From Candidatus Uhrbacteria bacterium (lineage in GTDB: Bacteria > Patescibacteriota > Patescibacteriia > UBA9934 > GWF2-40-263), in the NCBI GenBank assembly GCA_016844925.1, contig JAERTI010000038.1, positions 2,936 through 66,935 of the forward strand: a stretch of DNA of 64,000 bases. The letters are read 5' to 3'. Below the pieces are notes generated by a model. The model was not told the origin of the DNA, made no database searches, and was given only the letters and a program-made list of their open reading frames with translations. The translations under genes and the position numbers were made by a program. Positions 26,524 to 36,057 of the stretch are shown piece after piece (position 1 is the stretch's first letter; each line of letters begins with the position of its first letter).

Positions 26524-28359
26524 CTAAGTGGCGCCAGCTTTATCTTGCTTGATATACTCAAGCTCTTGATGCAACATCCTTTCAAACTCATTTGCTTTTC
26601 CAAGTTCGCGCATAATCTCCCATATCGGTTCATCTTTGATTCCCTCAACACCTTTTTCTTCTAAACGTCCTGTCTGGCTGAGTGTGTAGATAAGAAACTC
26701 TGTGCTTGAAAGGAGGATATCTGCAGCCTGTTGTACGGCAGTCTCTTGCTCACCATCGCGATTTTCTAGTATTGCGGTAGATGTTTCAGGGTTTAGTGCA
26801 ATTTGATTGATTGTTGTGAAGTATGTGTGGTACCAGACTTTCTCTCGCCATGATTCAGATTCGTCCTGCAGAAGATTTGCAAATCGAAGGACGGCATTTG
26901 CATATTCTTCCACTTCGGATACTTGCCATTCATGTGAGTGGTTAAGCATATCACCTCCTCCCGCAAGGTCCATCAGGACCTGGCCGGCAGCAAAAAATAG
27001 CGCTTCATCTTCGGTGCCTGGGTGCTGTTCTATAAATGTGACAAGCGTGCGTACTTGCGACAAACTTCCTTCAAATGTCTTTAAGGCTTCCAGAACTTGC
27101 TCAGCAGACTGAACGGCATCTTTGCCGAAACGCTCTGTAAGAAATGTGGGGATGTGATGATACTGTTTTGGTTCTAGCGCTATGAGTGATGCGTGTACAA
27201 AGGTGTGTACCTCTGGTCCAAGGAGGGTGCCAAAATGCGTCGCTTTGTCCATTTGGTTCAGGATCCCTTGGATTCGGGTTTCTAGTCCATTTCGGAGTCT
27301 TGTTACATGTCGGTTCAGTTCAGGTGTTGCAAGTGTTCCTTCGAATTGCTTGAATAAATTCAAGAGTTTTCCAACTTCATTTCCGGCAGTGGACATTGTG
27401 GCAATGGACCACATTGGACGTGCGGCATTTCGGTTGCTTAGACTGCTATATACTTCTCCGGTGTATCGGTGTGTTGTTCGGCTTTCAGCAGTTCGGGTAT
27501 GTGCAAGAAGCTCGTCTTTCAAGCCAAAAAGAAGGTCGTCAACAGATGTGGACTCCAGCCAAAACTCATTTGCTGCAATAGTTCCCATGAGCTCATCAGA
27601 TCCGGTGTCGTCACCTTCGGCTTCTTTAAGTCTCTCCCTTGTCGATTCCGCTAAGATCATCTGGATTCGTGTGGTGGAATAGGTGTAATCAGCTCCTCGC
27701 AAATAGGATCCATCCGTAATGGTATGAACCAGTTCGTGTTCTCGTGTGCGCATGGTTTCATACTCGTCTCTTCGAAGGATGATGTTCACTGGTGATCTGT
27801 AAATATGCCGTCCAAGTGCTCGTAGTCTTCCGTTAGCGAACAGGGCTAATGGTTTGTCTGCAATGATATCTACCGAATAGGCACCAAATCGTAACTCTGC
27901 TGTTGGGTCATCTGGACCTACATAGCGCTCAAGCAGTTTGCGTTGGAGTTCTGGGCTTCTTCGAATATTTTCAACATCATGCGCTCGATGTTGAAGATTT
28001 TCTAAAACTTGCAGAACCTGCCCCATGAGCAATACACCCTTGTCATTCTCAAGAGTTCTTATTTCATTTAATAAATCAAGTTTTTTCAATGAGGATCCTT
28101 TCTTTCCAAGTTCTATGAGCTCTTGTTTTAGTTCTTGTAGCTGATCGTGTCTCTCAAGAGTCTCATCATCAACCTTCTGAAAGAAGGTGATTGTCCGTTG
28201 CTCAAGATCATTTAATGTGTCTTCTAGTGATACATTTTCTACAACCTCATACAGGCCCTCAAATGCCGCGGCACAGAGCTCGATGTTACGGACAGCCTCT
28301 CTTTTCAGCTTGTCTCTTTGCTCTAGGCGTGCTGATCGCCGTTCTGAGAATCGGATCAT
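26524..28359 (-). CDS. hypothetical protein (611 aa) with an HExxH motif (REHELVHT)
   Basis: Backbone GC. Single HELVH motif; otherwise unrecognised. A minus-strand hairpin at about 26478-26500 (ccacctgacctcagtcgggtgg) lies past the stop. Confidence 0.55.
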   Translation of the reverse strand: MIRFSERRSARLEQRDKLKREAVRNIELCAAAFEGLYEVVENVSLEDTLNDLEQRTITFFQKVDDETLERHDQLQELKQELIELGKKGSSLKKLDLLNEIRTLENDKGVLLMGQVLQVLENLQHRAHDVENIRRSPELQRKLLERYVGPDDPTAELRFGAYSVDIIADKPLALFANGRLRALGRHIYRSPVNIILRRDEYETMRTREHELVHTITDGSYLRGADYTYSTTRIQMILAESTRERLKEAEGDDTGSDELMGTIAANEFWLESTSVDDLLFGLKDELLAHTRTAESRTTHRYTGEVYSSLSNRNAARPMWSIATMSTAGNEVGKLLNLFKQFEGTLATPELNRHVTRLRNGLETRIQGILNQMDKATHFGTLLGPEVHTFVHASLIALEPKQYHHIPTFLTERFGKDAVQSAEQVLEALKTFEGSLSQVRTLVTFIEQHPGTEDEALFFAAGQVLMDLAGGGDMLNHSHEWQVSEVEEYANAVLRFANLLQDESESWREKVWYHTYFTTINQIALNPETSTAILENRDGEQETAVQQAADILLSSTEFLIYTLSQTGRLEEKGVEGIKDEPIWEIMRELGKANEFERMLHQELEYIKQDKAGAT

Positions 28360-28804
28360 ATCATGGAGGTTATTTGTTTAGGTTAGGGTATCGTATTTTG
28401 TTGCACGTGTCAGTGTATGGGAGAAAAGTTAAGGTGACCTCTGGGGACGTTGTTTATTCTGGAAGTTGCTTATAATGCAATTGAAAATGTTTTTTTGAAA
28501 CCTGCAAATCTTGGGTTGTAAATCTCAAGAGCTGTTTCACCATTAAGATCTATAAGGGCAACGGTCTCGTTATAGATGGTTTGTCTGATGTTGAATTTGA
28601 GGGGTCGACAATGAGGAGTGTATTTATATCAAAGCACGACGCTCAGTAGCAACATGGTCAGAAGTACGAGTAAAGATTCAAGGACGATCAGTTGGAAAAA
28701 AGAGTTTTCTGATGCTGCATTTGCTTTGGGTGGGTGGAAGTTGGAGTAATCATGGCATTTCAACACATATTAAGGTTCGAACGTCCAACGCTAGCCCCTG
28801 CCAA

Positions 28805-28836
28805 AAACCCCCGAGCTGTATCTCGGGGGTTTTTGT
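28805..28836 (+). terminator. orphan rho-independent terminator with no obvious upstream + strand gene
   Basis: cccccgagctgtatctcgggggtttttg. Confidence 0.7.
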
Positions 28837-28851
28837 TATTGGAGACAGATA

Positions 28852-28880
28852 TTGACAAACGCAACTCATTTGCGTTAGTT
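28852..28880 (+). promoter_or_regulatory. promoter TTGACA-N18-TAGTTT carrying the perfect palindromic operator AACGCAA-N5-TTGCGTT (28858-28876)
   Basis: The inverted repeat fills the spacer and overlaps the -10 box. It lies about 95 nt upstream of the His-rich COG0523 gene. Confidence 0.55.
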
Positions 28881-28972
28881 TATGAATCGCGGTGCTGGAT
28901 TTTCTCATACCTGCAGAGCGAGAGGATTTTGCAGGTGTGGGAAGAGCTCACGCCGGATACAGGGAGGCAACG

Positions 28973-30526
28973 TTGACTCAAGTCATTCTTCTACTCGGAG
29001 CTGCTGGGTGTGGCAAGACCACGCTCATCGGCAGCATCGTTCGCAACTTCGGAGGCGATCGATCGATCGCGGTCGTCTTCAACGACGACGGGGATCCCGA
29101 GGCCACCGATCTGCCCGACGATCTCGGGCGGTTCGCCGACATCACGTCCATGACAGCAGGGTGCTTCGGATGCACCGATTCGACGGCCTTCCTGGAGTGC
29201 ATTCAGGCTCTCCAGGAGCAGGTGCCGGCACTCGACGTCATTCTGGTGGAGCCCGTGGGTTTCACCGATGCACAAGAGATGCTCGACACGCTGGCCGAGA
29301 TCCATGTGATCCCGACGGTGGTCGCACTGGTGGATGCGGCGCATCACGCACACAACCTGAAGCTGGGTACGACCGAAGGTCACGTTTTGGCCGCCGACTG
29401 CACGCTGGTCACCAAGATCGACGCTGCGGACACGAGCATGAACGTGGTCTCCTGGTCCCAGGAGCGCTGTTCGGATGTCCGGGTCTTCCGGGCTGACGAC
29501 GTCTTCGACCCGGCGACCATCAGGTTGCCAGCGCATGCGCATCATCACGACTGCGGCCACGATCACGTGCACGGCGAATCGTGCGATCACCACCATCATC
29601 ATGACGATGGTCATCATGACCATCACCACAGCCACGGACATTCCCACGGACATGTCTGCACCTTCCATGCGCGACTCGCGTCGGAGGTGAATGTCGACAC
29701 GGTCAGGGGAGTGCTCGAAGATCACCCACTGGTGCTCCGAGCCAAGGGGCTCGCTTCCAGCGGACGCTTCAGCATGGTCCAGGGGAGCTGGGACATCTCG
29801 GAGGATAGTCCGGGAGTCAGCTTCATTACCTTCTACACCGCGCCCGGCGACAGTGTCGCTGGTGAGGCGTGCCTCGAGGCCTTGCGACCGCACTACGCGG
29901 TTGGGTCCGGAGGATTGAAGGGGACGATGGCCGCCATGCGCGGAGATACCGACGTGGAGGTGGTCGAGTACCAGCTCGATGTCTGTCGCCGCAAGCCGCT
30001 GACCTTCTCCGCAGGGCATCCGGTGCCCAGTCCGGAGTGGCTCGAGGTGCTGATCCTGCTGCGACATCGGCCGGGAGTCCCTGAAGACCTGAAGCTCGCG
30101 TGTGAGGAGGTGTATGTCAATCACTGCCTCGCGTGCGCGCGTTGGTACATGGACAATCCTGGTCGCGATGGTGAACCTGTTGCCACGGCGCGCATCCACG
30201 ACATCGCCGTCGGTCTGGGGTGGTTCGTGAACAAGAACGCTGAGAGTCTGCGTCCGGAGGTGGTTCGGGAAGCCGAGCGCATCCCGGTTGCCGGCTGGCT
30301 GCGAACCTCCCTCCTGGCCCGTACGCGGATCAGTCCCAACCGGGACAAGGAGCTGGTCATCGCAGAGGACGTCGCTGTCAGTGCCGCCTGGGCACTGCGC
30401 GTCGGTCAGACTCCCCAGGACCTCAAGAGCGCCTGGGATCACAACCGGCGTCTGGCTGAGGCCTCTGGCGACGCCACGGCTGTCGAGGCCTGGGTCGCAT
30501 CCTGGGAGACGGTCGCCTCCGCGTGA
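28973..30526 (+). CDS. divergent COG0523/G3E-family P-loop GTPase (CobW/ZigA-like metallochaperone) with a His-rich tract and a long C-terminal extension; high GC
   Basis: Walker A GAAGCGKTT at residues 9-17. The family's usual CxCC becomes GCFGC. His-rich stretch HAHHHDCGHDHVHGESCDHHHHHDDGHHDHHHSHGHSHGH. TTG start at 28973 with GGAGG 5 nt upstream; the in-frame ATG at 28892 lies in low-GC sequence with no RBS. Confidence 0.7.
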   Translation: MTQVILLLGAAGCGKTTLIGSIVRNFGGDRSIAVVFNDDGDPEATDLPDDLGRFADITSMTAGCFGCTDSTAFLECIQALQEQVPALDVILVEPVGFTDAQEMLDTLAEIHVIPTVVALVDAAHHAHNLKLGTTEGHVLAADCTLVTKIDAADTSMNVVSWSQERCSDVRVFRADDVFDPATIRLPAHAHHHDCGHDHVHGESCDHHHHHDDGHHDHHHSHGHSHGHVCTFHARLASEVNVDTVRGVLEDHPLVLRAKGLASSGRFSMVQGSWDISEDSPGVSFITFYTAPGDSVAGEACLEALRPHYAVGSGGLKGTMAAMRGDTDVEVVEYQLDVCRRKPLTFSAGHPVPSPEWLEVLILLRHRPGVPEDLKLACEEVYVNHCLACARWYMDNPGRDGEPVATARIHDIAVGLGWFVNKNAESLRPEVVREAERIPVAGWLRTSLLARTRISPNRDKELVIAEDVAVSAAWALRVGQTPQDLKSAWDHNRRLAEASGDATAVEAWVASWETVASA

Positions 30527-30615
30527 ACGCACTCGCGTTCTACAACCTTCTGTCCGGCCACCTGCTTTGCGACGGCAGAGTGGGTGGCCGAGACACTTTT
30601 TAAAACATTCGTCTT

Positions 30616-31575
30616 ATGAAAATTGCATTCGTTGGAAAGGGTGGTTCTGGTAAAAGCACCATGTCATCTCTTTTCATCAACTACCTACAAAAAAATGGCC
30701 GTTCGGTTATTGCTGTAGATGCCGATATTAACGTGCATCTTCCGACGCTTTTGGGATGCCAGATTGAATCTTGTAACGCCCTATCGCTACCAGCGAATAG
30801 CCTGAAGATAAAAGCGTATCTCAAGGGATCAAATCCACGCATTAAACAAGCTGCTTCTATTGTAAAGTCTACGCCTCCTGGCGAAGGTTCCTGTTTTTTA
30901 ACGCACCAAGCTGACAATCCGATTCTGTCTTCATTTTCATCACCGATTGGCAACGCTGGTTTTCTGCTCCACGTGGGGACCTACGACAAGGATGGGATTG
31001 GCGAAAGTTGTTACCACACAAACTTAGCAATCTTTGAGTCGCTTCTTTCCCATACACTTCTCAAAGATGATGAGTGGCTTGTAGCTGACATGGTTGCGGG
31101 TACCGATGCGTTTGCCGGAACACTGCACGCGCAATTCGATGCGATCGTTCTTGTTGTTGAGCCAACACCGGAGGGGGTGAGTGTCTTCAAGCAGTATATA
31201 GAATTAGCAGAGGTGGCAGGTGTTCAAGAGTATATTTATGCCCTCGGGAATAAGGTGGATGATGATGAGGACATTTCTTATTTGAAAGAGCACATTGGGG
31301 ACAAGCTTATTGGTTCTCTTAACCGCCAGGTTTATCTCAAGCGATCACGACAGTCAGGTGAGGCGATTGATATCGAGAAGATTGATGGGATTGAGGAGGT
31401 GTTTGATTTGATTGCAGAAGTCACACGAAGGAATAAAGAAACAGAGACACATCGAATTGCTATTTTGCATGAATTGCATCGCAAGCACGCCCAGGCTGAC
31501 TACATCGTGGCACGCCACGGTGACCTGACAGAACAAATCGATCCAGATTTTTCCTTGCATGATGTGAAGGTATGA
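30616..31575 (+). CDS. MinD/ParA-superfamily P-loop ATPase, CooC-like (metal-centre maturation ATPase family)
   Basis: Deviant Walker A MKIAFVGKGGSGKST. Stop overlaps the next start (ATGA). Confidence 0.65.
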   Translation: MKIAFVGKGGSGKSTMSSLFINYLQKNGRSVIAVDADINVHLPTLLGCQIESCNALSLPANSLKIKAYLKGSNPRIKQAASIVKSTPPGEGSCFLTHQADNPILSSFSSPIGNAGFLLHVGTYDKDGIGESCYHTNLAIFESLLSHTLLKDDEWLVADMVAGTDAFAGTLHAQFDAIVLVVEPTPEGVSVFKQYIELAEVAGVQEYIYALGNKVDDDEDISYLKEHIGDKLIGSLNRQVYLKRSRQSGEAIDIEKIDGIEEVFDLIAEVTRRNKETETHRIAILHELHRKHAQADYIVARHGDLTEQIDPDFSLHDVKV

Positions 31576-32969
31576 GTTTCAAGCTGACGCCTCGTATTCA
31601 TGAGGAGGTTGCAAACTTCTTGAGTGATAAGAAGCGTCTCTTTGAATTGACTCAGCAGCACGGATCACCTCTCAACATGCTGTTTCCCGCTCTCATGCTT
31701 CGAAACATTTCAGGGTTTCAATCGGTGCTGAAGAACAATCTTGATCGTAGTCAGATGTACTACGCACACAAGCCAAACAAATCTGCCGAGCTTCTTCATC
31801 CCATCAAAGAAGCGGGTGTGGGTGTTGATGTTGCTTCTTTAAGTGAGCTGAAGAATGCGCTGGAGGTTGGTCTCGCGCCTGAAGCTATTGAGGCAACAGG
31901 ACCCAAAAATGATCAGTTCATTCAACGAGGGGTAGAGGTTGGCATTACCTTCAATGTTGATAGTCACACGGAACTCAAGCTGGTTCTTGAGGAAAGTGCA
32001 CGCCAACGAAAGCAAACACGTGTGTATCTACGGCTAAATGGTTTTTCAGCGAAGCACACACAGGTTCGTTGGGGGGAATCTCGGTTTGGGATTCTAGTGA
32101 AGGATGTACACGCATCATTGCGATTGCTTGTAGATCACAAGGAATCGCTTAAGCTAGTCGGTTTCTCTTTTCATGTAAACGCGGGTGGTAAAAAAGAACG
32201 ATTGATTGCTATTGAAAATGCTATTGAGTGTACTCTCGAAGCTCGCAAGTTAGGTCTCAATCCTCAGTTTATGAATATTGGAGGAGGATTTCCTATTACG
32301 TATCTTGCCGATCAGGAGCAGTGGCATGACTACATATCAGCTCTCAAGCAGTCGGTGCTGGGTCGAGGTCAACGTCTCTCGTGGAATGACTCAGGGCTTG
32401 GATTTAAGAATCGTGGTGGGGCCCTTGAGGGCGGTCCAAATTTCGGAGAATTCTACCGTGAGCTTGTGAAAGAACATGAGTTAGAAGATTTGCTGAACGC
32501 GCATCTGCCTACTTACAAACAGCCCGTCAAAACGATTCTTAATGAGATGCTTATTGGGCTCGCTATAGAACCAGGGCGCGCGCTTCTTGATCAGGTGGGT
32601 GTGACGATGACTCAAGTCCTAGACGTGAAAGAAACGTCTTCGGGAGATCAGGTTGTTATTGTGGACATGAATCGCTCCAATATTAATGCGATTGACATGG
32701 AGTTCATGTGCGATCCTGTGCTCATCACTCAGAGCGAAAAATGCGATGAGCCCTTCTCGGGATTCATTGCGGGAAACCTTTGTCTTCACAGTGATTTGAT
32801 CTACCGACACAAAACATTCTTTTCACGGAAACCCTCACGGGGAGAGGTGTTCGTGTTTATCAATACCGGTGCGTACAACATGAATTTCGTTGAAAGTGCC
32901 ACACTTGGCCAACCCATTGCTGAAACAGTCATCATAAAAGACGGTGTCGTATGCTCTACAGAACGATAA
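31572..32969 (+). CDS. PLP-dependent decarboxylase, Orn/DAP/Arg decarboxylase family (alanine-racemase-like fold III)
   Basis: PLP-Lys motif YYAHKPNK plus the GGGF motif in NIGGGFPITY. Confidence 0.7.
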   Translation: MSFKLTPRIHEEVANFLSDKKRLFELTQQHGSPLNMLFPALMLRNISGFQSVLKNNLDRSQMYYAHKPNKSAELLHPIKEAGVGVDVASLSELKNALEVGLAPEAIEATGPKNDQFIQRGVEVGITFNVDSHTELKLVLEESARQRKQTRVYLRLNGFSAKHTQVRWGESRFGILVKDVHASLRLLVDHKESLKLVGFSFHVNAGGKKERLIAIENAIECTLEARKLGLNPQFMNIGGGFPITYLADQEQWHDYISALKQSVLGRGQRLSWNDSGLGFKNRGGALEGGPNFGEFYRELVKEHELEDLLNAHLPTYKQPVKTILNEMLIGLAIEPGRALLDQVGVTMTQVLDVKETSSGDQVVIVDMNRSNINAIDMEFMCDPVLITQSEKCDEPFSGFIAGNLCLHSDLIYRHKTFFSRKPSRGEVFVFINTGAYNMNFVESATLGQPIAETVIIKDGVVCSTER

Positions 32970-34255
32970 CGGATCTCATCGGAAATACACCGCTTCTTGA
33001 AATTGATTCTGCTGTCCACGGTATTGATAACGTGAATCTCTTTGCAAAACTTGAATATTATAATCCCTTTGGATCTGTGAAGGATCGGGTTGTTTGGGGG
33101 ATTCTGAAGGATGATATCCAAACGATTAAACAAAATGATCAAAAGATTGTTGAGATGTCCAGTGGGAACACTGCCAAAGCACTGCAGGGCATTGCTTCTG
33201 CTCATGGGATTGCGTTTAAAACGATCACGAATCGGATCAAGGTGCCTGAGGTCAAAGATATTTTGAACATCATGGGAACAGAGATTCAGGAGCTTCCTGG
33301 AAAGAGTGATTGTCATGACCCTAATGACCCAAATGATCCTCTTGTGTATGTTCATGAAGAAATTCGCAAGCATCCGGGTAAGGTCTACTTTACGTCACAG
33401 TACAGCAATAAAAAGAACATAGATGCCCACTACAGGACAACCGGTGAAGAGCTACTGAACGACGTTGATCGTATCGATTTCTTTTTTGGTGGGGTTGGTA
33501 CATCAGGTTCGACACGCGGTACAGCAATGCGTATCCAGAAACGCGATACAGAACTGAAGACCGTTGGCGTTGTCGCTTCAAAGGGGGGATATATTCCAGG
33601 TATTCGCAACCGCGATGAGGTGCTTGAAGTTGGGTTATTTGACCCTTCGTTCTATACGGAGATATTGGAAGTGAAACCGGAAGAGGCTGTTCATGGTGAA
33701 ATTGAACTTATTCAACGATCTGGGGTGATGTGTGGCCCGACAAGCGGTGCTACCTATGAAGCTGTCAAAGCTTACTTTCAGAAGCACCCAGCGAAAAAAC
33801 CTGTGAACGTTGTCTTCATCGTGTGTGATCGTATGGAATGGTATGCGAGTTACATCGCGAAATATCGACCAGATCTTTTGGGGCTAGACAAGCCTGTTTG
33901 TGCTGCTGAAAAACTTACGGAATATGATATTCTTGATGTAGAAGAGTTGTCCCCACAAGAGGCAAAAAAGAAGTTGACCGAAGGGGCGCTTCTTATCGAT
34001 AGCAGAAGCCATGTATCCTTTAAATCGATTCACGTTGAGGGGTCTCTAAATATTCCAGAAGAAACACTGTTTGAGTGGCTTGAAAACGACGTAAAATTCT
34101 GCCCAGATAAGCCGATCATTTTTGTGTGTCCGTTCGGAAGAAGGAGCAAGCGAGCCGCGGCGATGATGAAGAGAACGGGATACGAAGCTTATTCATTGAG
34201 GGGAGGTATTCTTGCTTGGCAAGATGAGGGGCTTCCTATACACAACCATCTTTGA
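32951..34255 (+). CDS. cysteine synthase/CBS-family PLP enzyme fused to a C-terminal rhodanese domain
   Basis: PLP-Lys motif FGSVKDRV. C-terminal rhodanese active-site loop FVCPFGRRSKRAA. Overlaps the upstream gene by 19 nt. Confidence 0.7.
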   Translation: MLYRTITDLIGNTPLLEIDSAVHGIDNVNLFAKLEYYNPFGSVKDRVVWGILKDDIQTIKQNDQKIVEMSSGNTAKALQGIASAHGIAFKTITNRIKVPEVKDILNIMGTEIQELPGKSDCHDPNDPNDPLVYVHEEIRKHPGKVYFTSQYSNKKNIDAHYRTTGEELLNDVDRIDFFFGGVGTSGSTRGTAMRIQKRDTELKTVGVVASKGGYIPGIRNRDEVLEVGLFDPSFYTEILEVKPEEAVHGEIELIQRSGVMCGPTSGATYEAVKAYFQKHPAKKPVNVVFIVCDRMEWYASYIAKYRPDLLGLDKPVCAAEKLTEYDILDVEELSPQEAKKKLTEGALLIDSRSHVSFKSIHVEGSLNIPEETLFEWLENDVKFCPDKPIIFVCPFGRRSKRAAAMMKRTGYEAYSLRGGILAWQDEGLPIHNHL

Positions 34256-34426
34256 GAGTATGTGCATGGTCTGCGGTGATCCTGTTCAGATACAACAAGA
34301 GGTAACGATTGTCGCAAACATGATGCAGGTGTTTGGGTCAATCCCGATCATTGCTATTTTGTCATGGCAAGCCAAGAATTTACTTCAGGCAATCAAAGAA
34401 TTTAAAGCTGGTGTGAGCAAACGATT

Positions 34427-34846
34427 ATGCAGAAAGAAGAAATAGCAAAACTGCTTAGGCAAGAGGGGATGCGTGCAACAAAAAATCGTATTCAAGTGCT
34501 TCTGTTTGTCGAGCAACAAAAGCATCCGGTTGGCATTGAGGTGCTTAGAAAAACGTTTCCCAGCATTAATGAAGTCACCTTGTACCGCATGGCATCTGAT
34601 TTTGTTGAAAAAGGTATTTGGAACGCGTGCGATTTAGGTCATGGCCACATTGATTATGAATCAGCTAATCGACCACATCACCATCATGCCGTTTGTGAAA
34701 CATGCGGAACAATTGAGGAGGTTTACGGTTGCCAAGATGAATGCCAACTCACAAAGGCGTTTCAGCGTAATGCAAAGAAGTTTCAAATATTACATACGCC
34801 AAACGCAGCTATTTTCGGTACCTGCACTGATTGTGCCAAAGTTTGA
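34427..34846 (+). CDS. Fur-family metalloregulator (Fur/Zur/PerR)
   Basis: 139 aa. Winged-helix N-terminus, then HGHIDYE, RPHHHHAVCETCG and CTDC metal-site motifs. Confidence 0.75.
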   Translation: MQKEEIAKLLRQEGMRATKNRIQVLLFVEQQKHPVGIEVLRKTFPSINEVTLYRMASDFVEKGIWNACDLGHGHIDYESANRPHHHHAVCETCGTIEEVYGCQDECQLTKAFQRNAKKFQILHTPNAAIFGTCTDCAKV

Positions 34847-35037
34847 TGGGTTGTGTTGAGATACAACCCAGTTTCAACCTACCTCTACAAGTTATTCCCA
34901 GAACACCATCGGTGAAAGCCGGCGGTTTTTTGTATTTATACAGTATGCCTTGCTAACAACCCTAGAGGCTGTTAGGGTACTTGTCCTCGTTAAGCAAACG
35001 TCCTTTTTGGCGTGCTGACTAGGTAGAGGAGGAATAC

Positions 35038-35925
35038 TTGAAGCTTCAATTCGTCCTGGGGGCTCATGACCCTGAAATGGATTGTATTGAATCGATTCTC
35101 CAGAGTTTGTCCGTCCCGTGTGTGTACGCCATGAGAGGTGCTCGACGAGTGCTCCCTCACCAGGCGTACCAGGTTGATGGGCTCTCAAAGCCGCTCCCCA
35201 GCGACCGTCCGACCTGCTGGGTAGAGTGCCTTCCGGAGACGAGTGAGTCAGCGCTCCTTCCAGGCGTCACGGCATATGCCGACCATCACGGCGAGCATCC
35301 CTGCGCCAGTGCGCCACCGGAACGTTTCTTTGAAGCGAGCAGTCTCGGGCAGGTCATTGGGATCCTGCGGGACACGTCTGCCATCGGTGAGGACTGGGGC
35401 ATCACTGAAGCACTGTTGTTCGAGGCGGCAAATGATCACTGCAAGTGGTCTGCCGCTTCAGGTGAGTGTCCGGGCGTTGACCCTGAGCGATTCATCGTTT
35501 GGGTGACAGGCCGGTACGCTGAATTCAACAATTGGGACCCCGTTGAATTTGCCGAGGATGTGGCGCGGGCCACGAACTTGATTGAAAAGGCTCCAAGGGT
35601 CCCATGGCTCCCTGGAGATATTGCCGACTTGTCTGCGGTTCCGCTCCCGGAACAACCGTGTGAGAGCGGTCCCTACATCCAGGGGCTCCACTACGCGACG
35701 CACATTGCGTGCATGAAGGCACGTAGGGCCTGCGTCGTCACGGCGATGCGCAAGGCGGATGGGTGTTCGGGCCTGCAGCTCAATGGCACAGGAGCGGAAA
35801 CGCCTGCTGGCAAGAGGCCCGTCGAAGTGTTCCTGAAGTATTGGGAGAAACGAGGCTTCGCGGCTCCCGATCTCTATGGAAACTCTGACCGCGGATACGC
35901 GGGGGTGTGGTTTACCTGCACTTAG
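35038..35925 (+). CDS. putative metal-dependent hydrolase (DHH-phosphoesterase-like or LmbE/PIG-L-like motifs); high GC
   Basis: FVLGAHDPEMDC near the N-terminus and YADHHGEHP about 85 aa later. No DHHA1 GGGH motif. TTG start with GGAGG upstream. Confidence 0.45.
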   Translation: MKLQFVLGAHDPEMDCIESILQSLSVPCVYAMRGARRVLPHQAYQVDGLSKPLPSDRPTCWVECLPETSESALLPGVTAYADHHGEHPCASAPPERFFEASSLGQVIGILRDTSAIGEDWGITEALLFEAANDHCKWSAASGECPGVDPERFIVWVTGRYAEFNNWDPVEFAEDVARATNLIEKAPRVPWLPGDIADLSAVPLPEQPCESGPYIQGLHYATHIACMKARRACVVTAMRKADGCSGLQLNGTGAETPAGKRPVEVFLKYWEKRGFAAPDLYGNSDRGYAGVWFTCT

Positions 35926-36057
35926 CCCCACGCAAGAGGTTACGTAACCTCTTTTTTTATTTTCTTAGATCAAGTTATTTAGAGTTGCGTATATTTTGTC
36001 TGGGTTTATACTGTCAGTATTAAGCTGATTCATTAATGTAAGTAACCAGCAAAATAT

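Noticed and set aside
28892-28972. ATG at 28892 as the start of the COG0523 gene, giving a 27-aa N-terminal extension
   Set aside because: The extension is AT-rich, unlike the rest of the CDS, and has no RBS. The TTG at 28973 has GGAGG at optimal spacing and places the Walker A motif at residues 9-17, as in other G3E GTPases.
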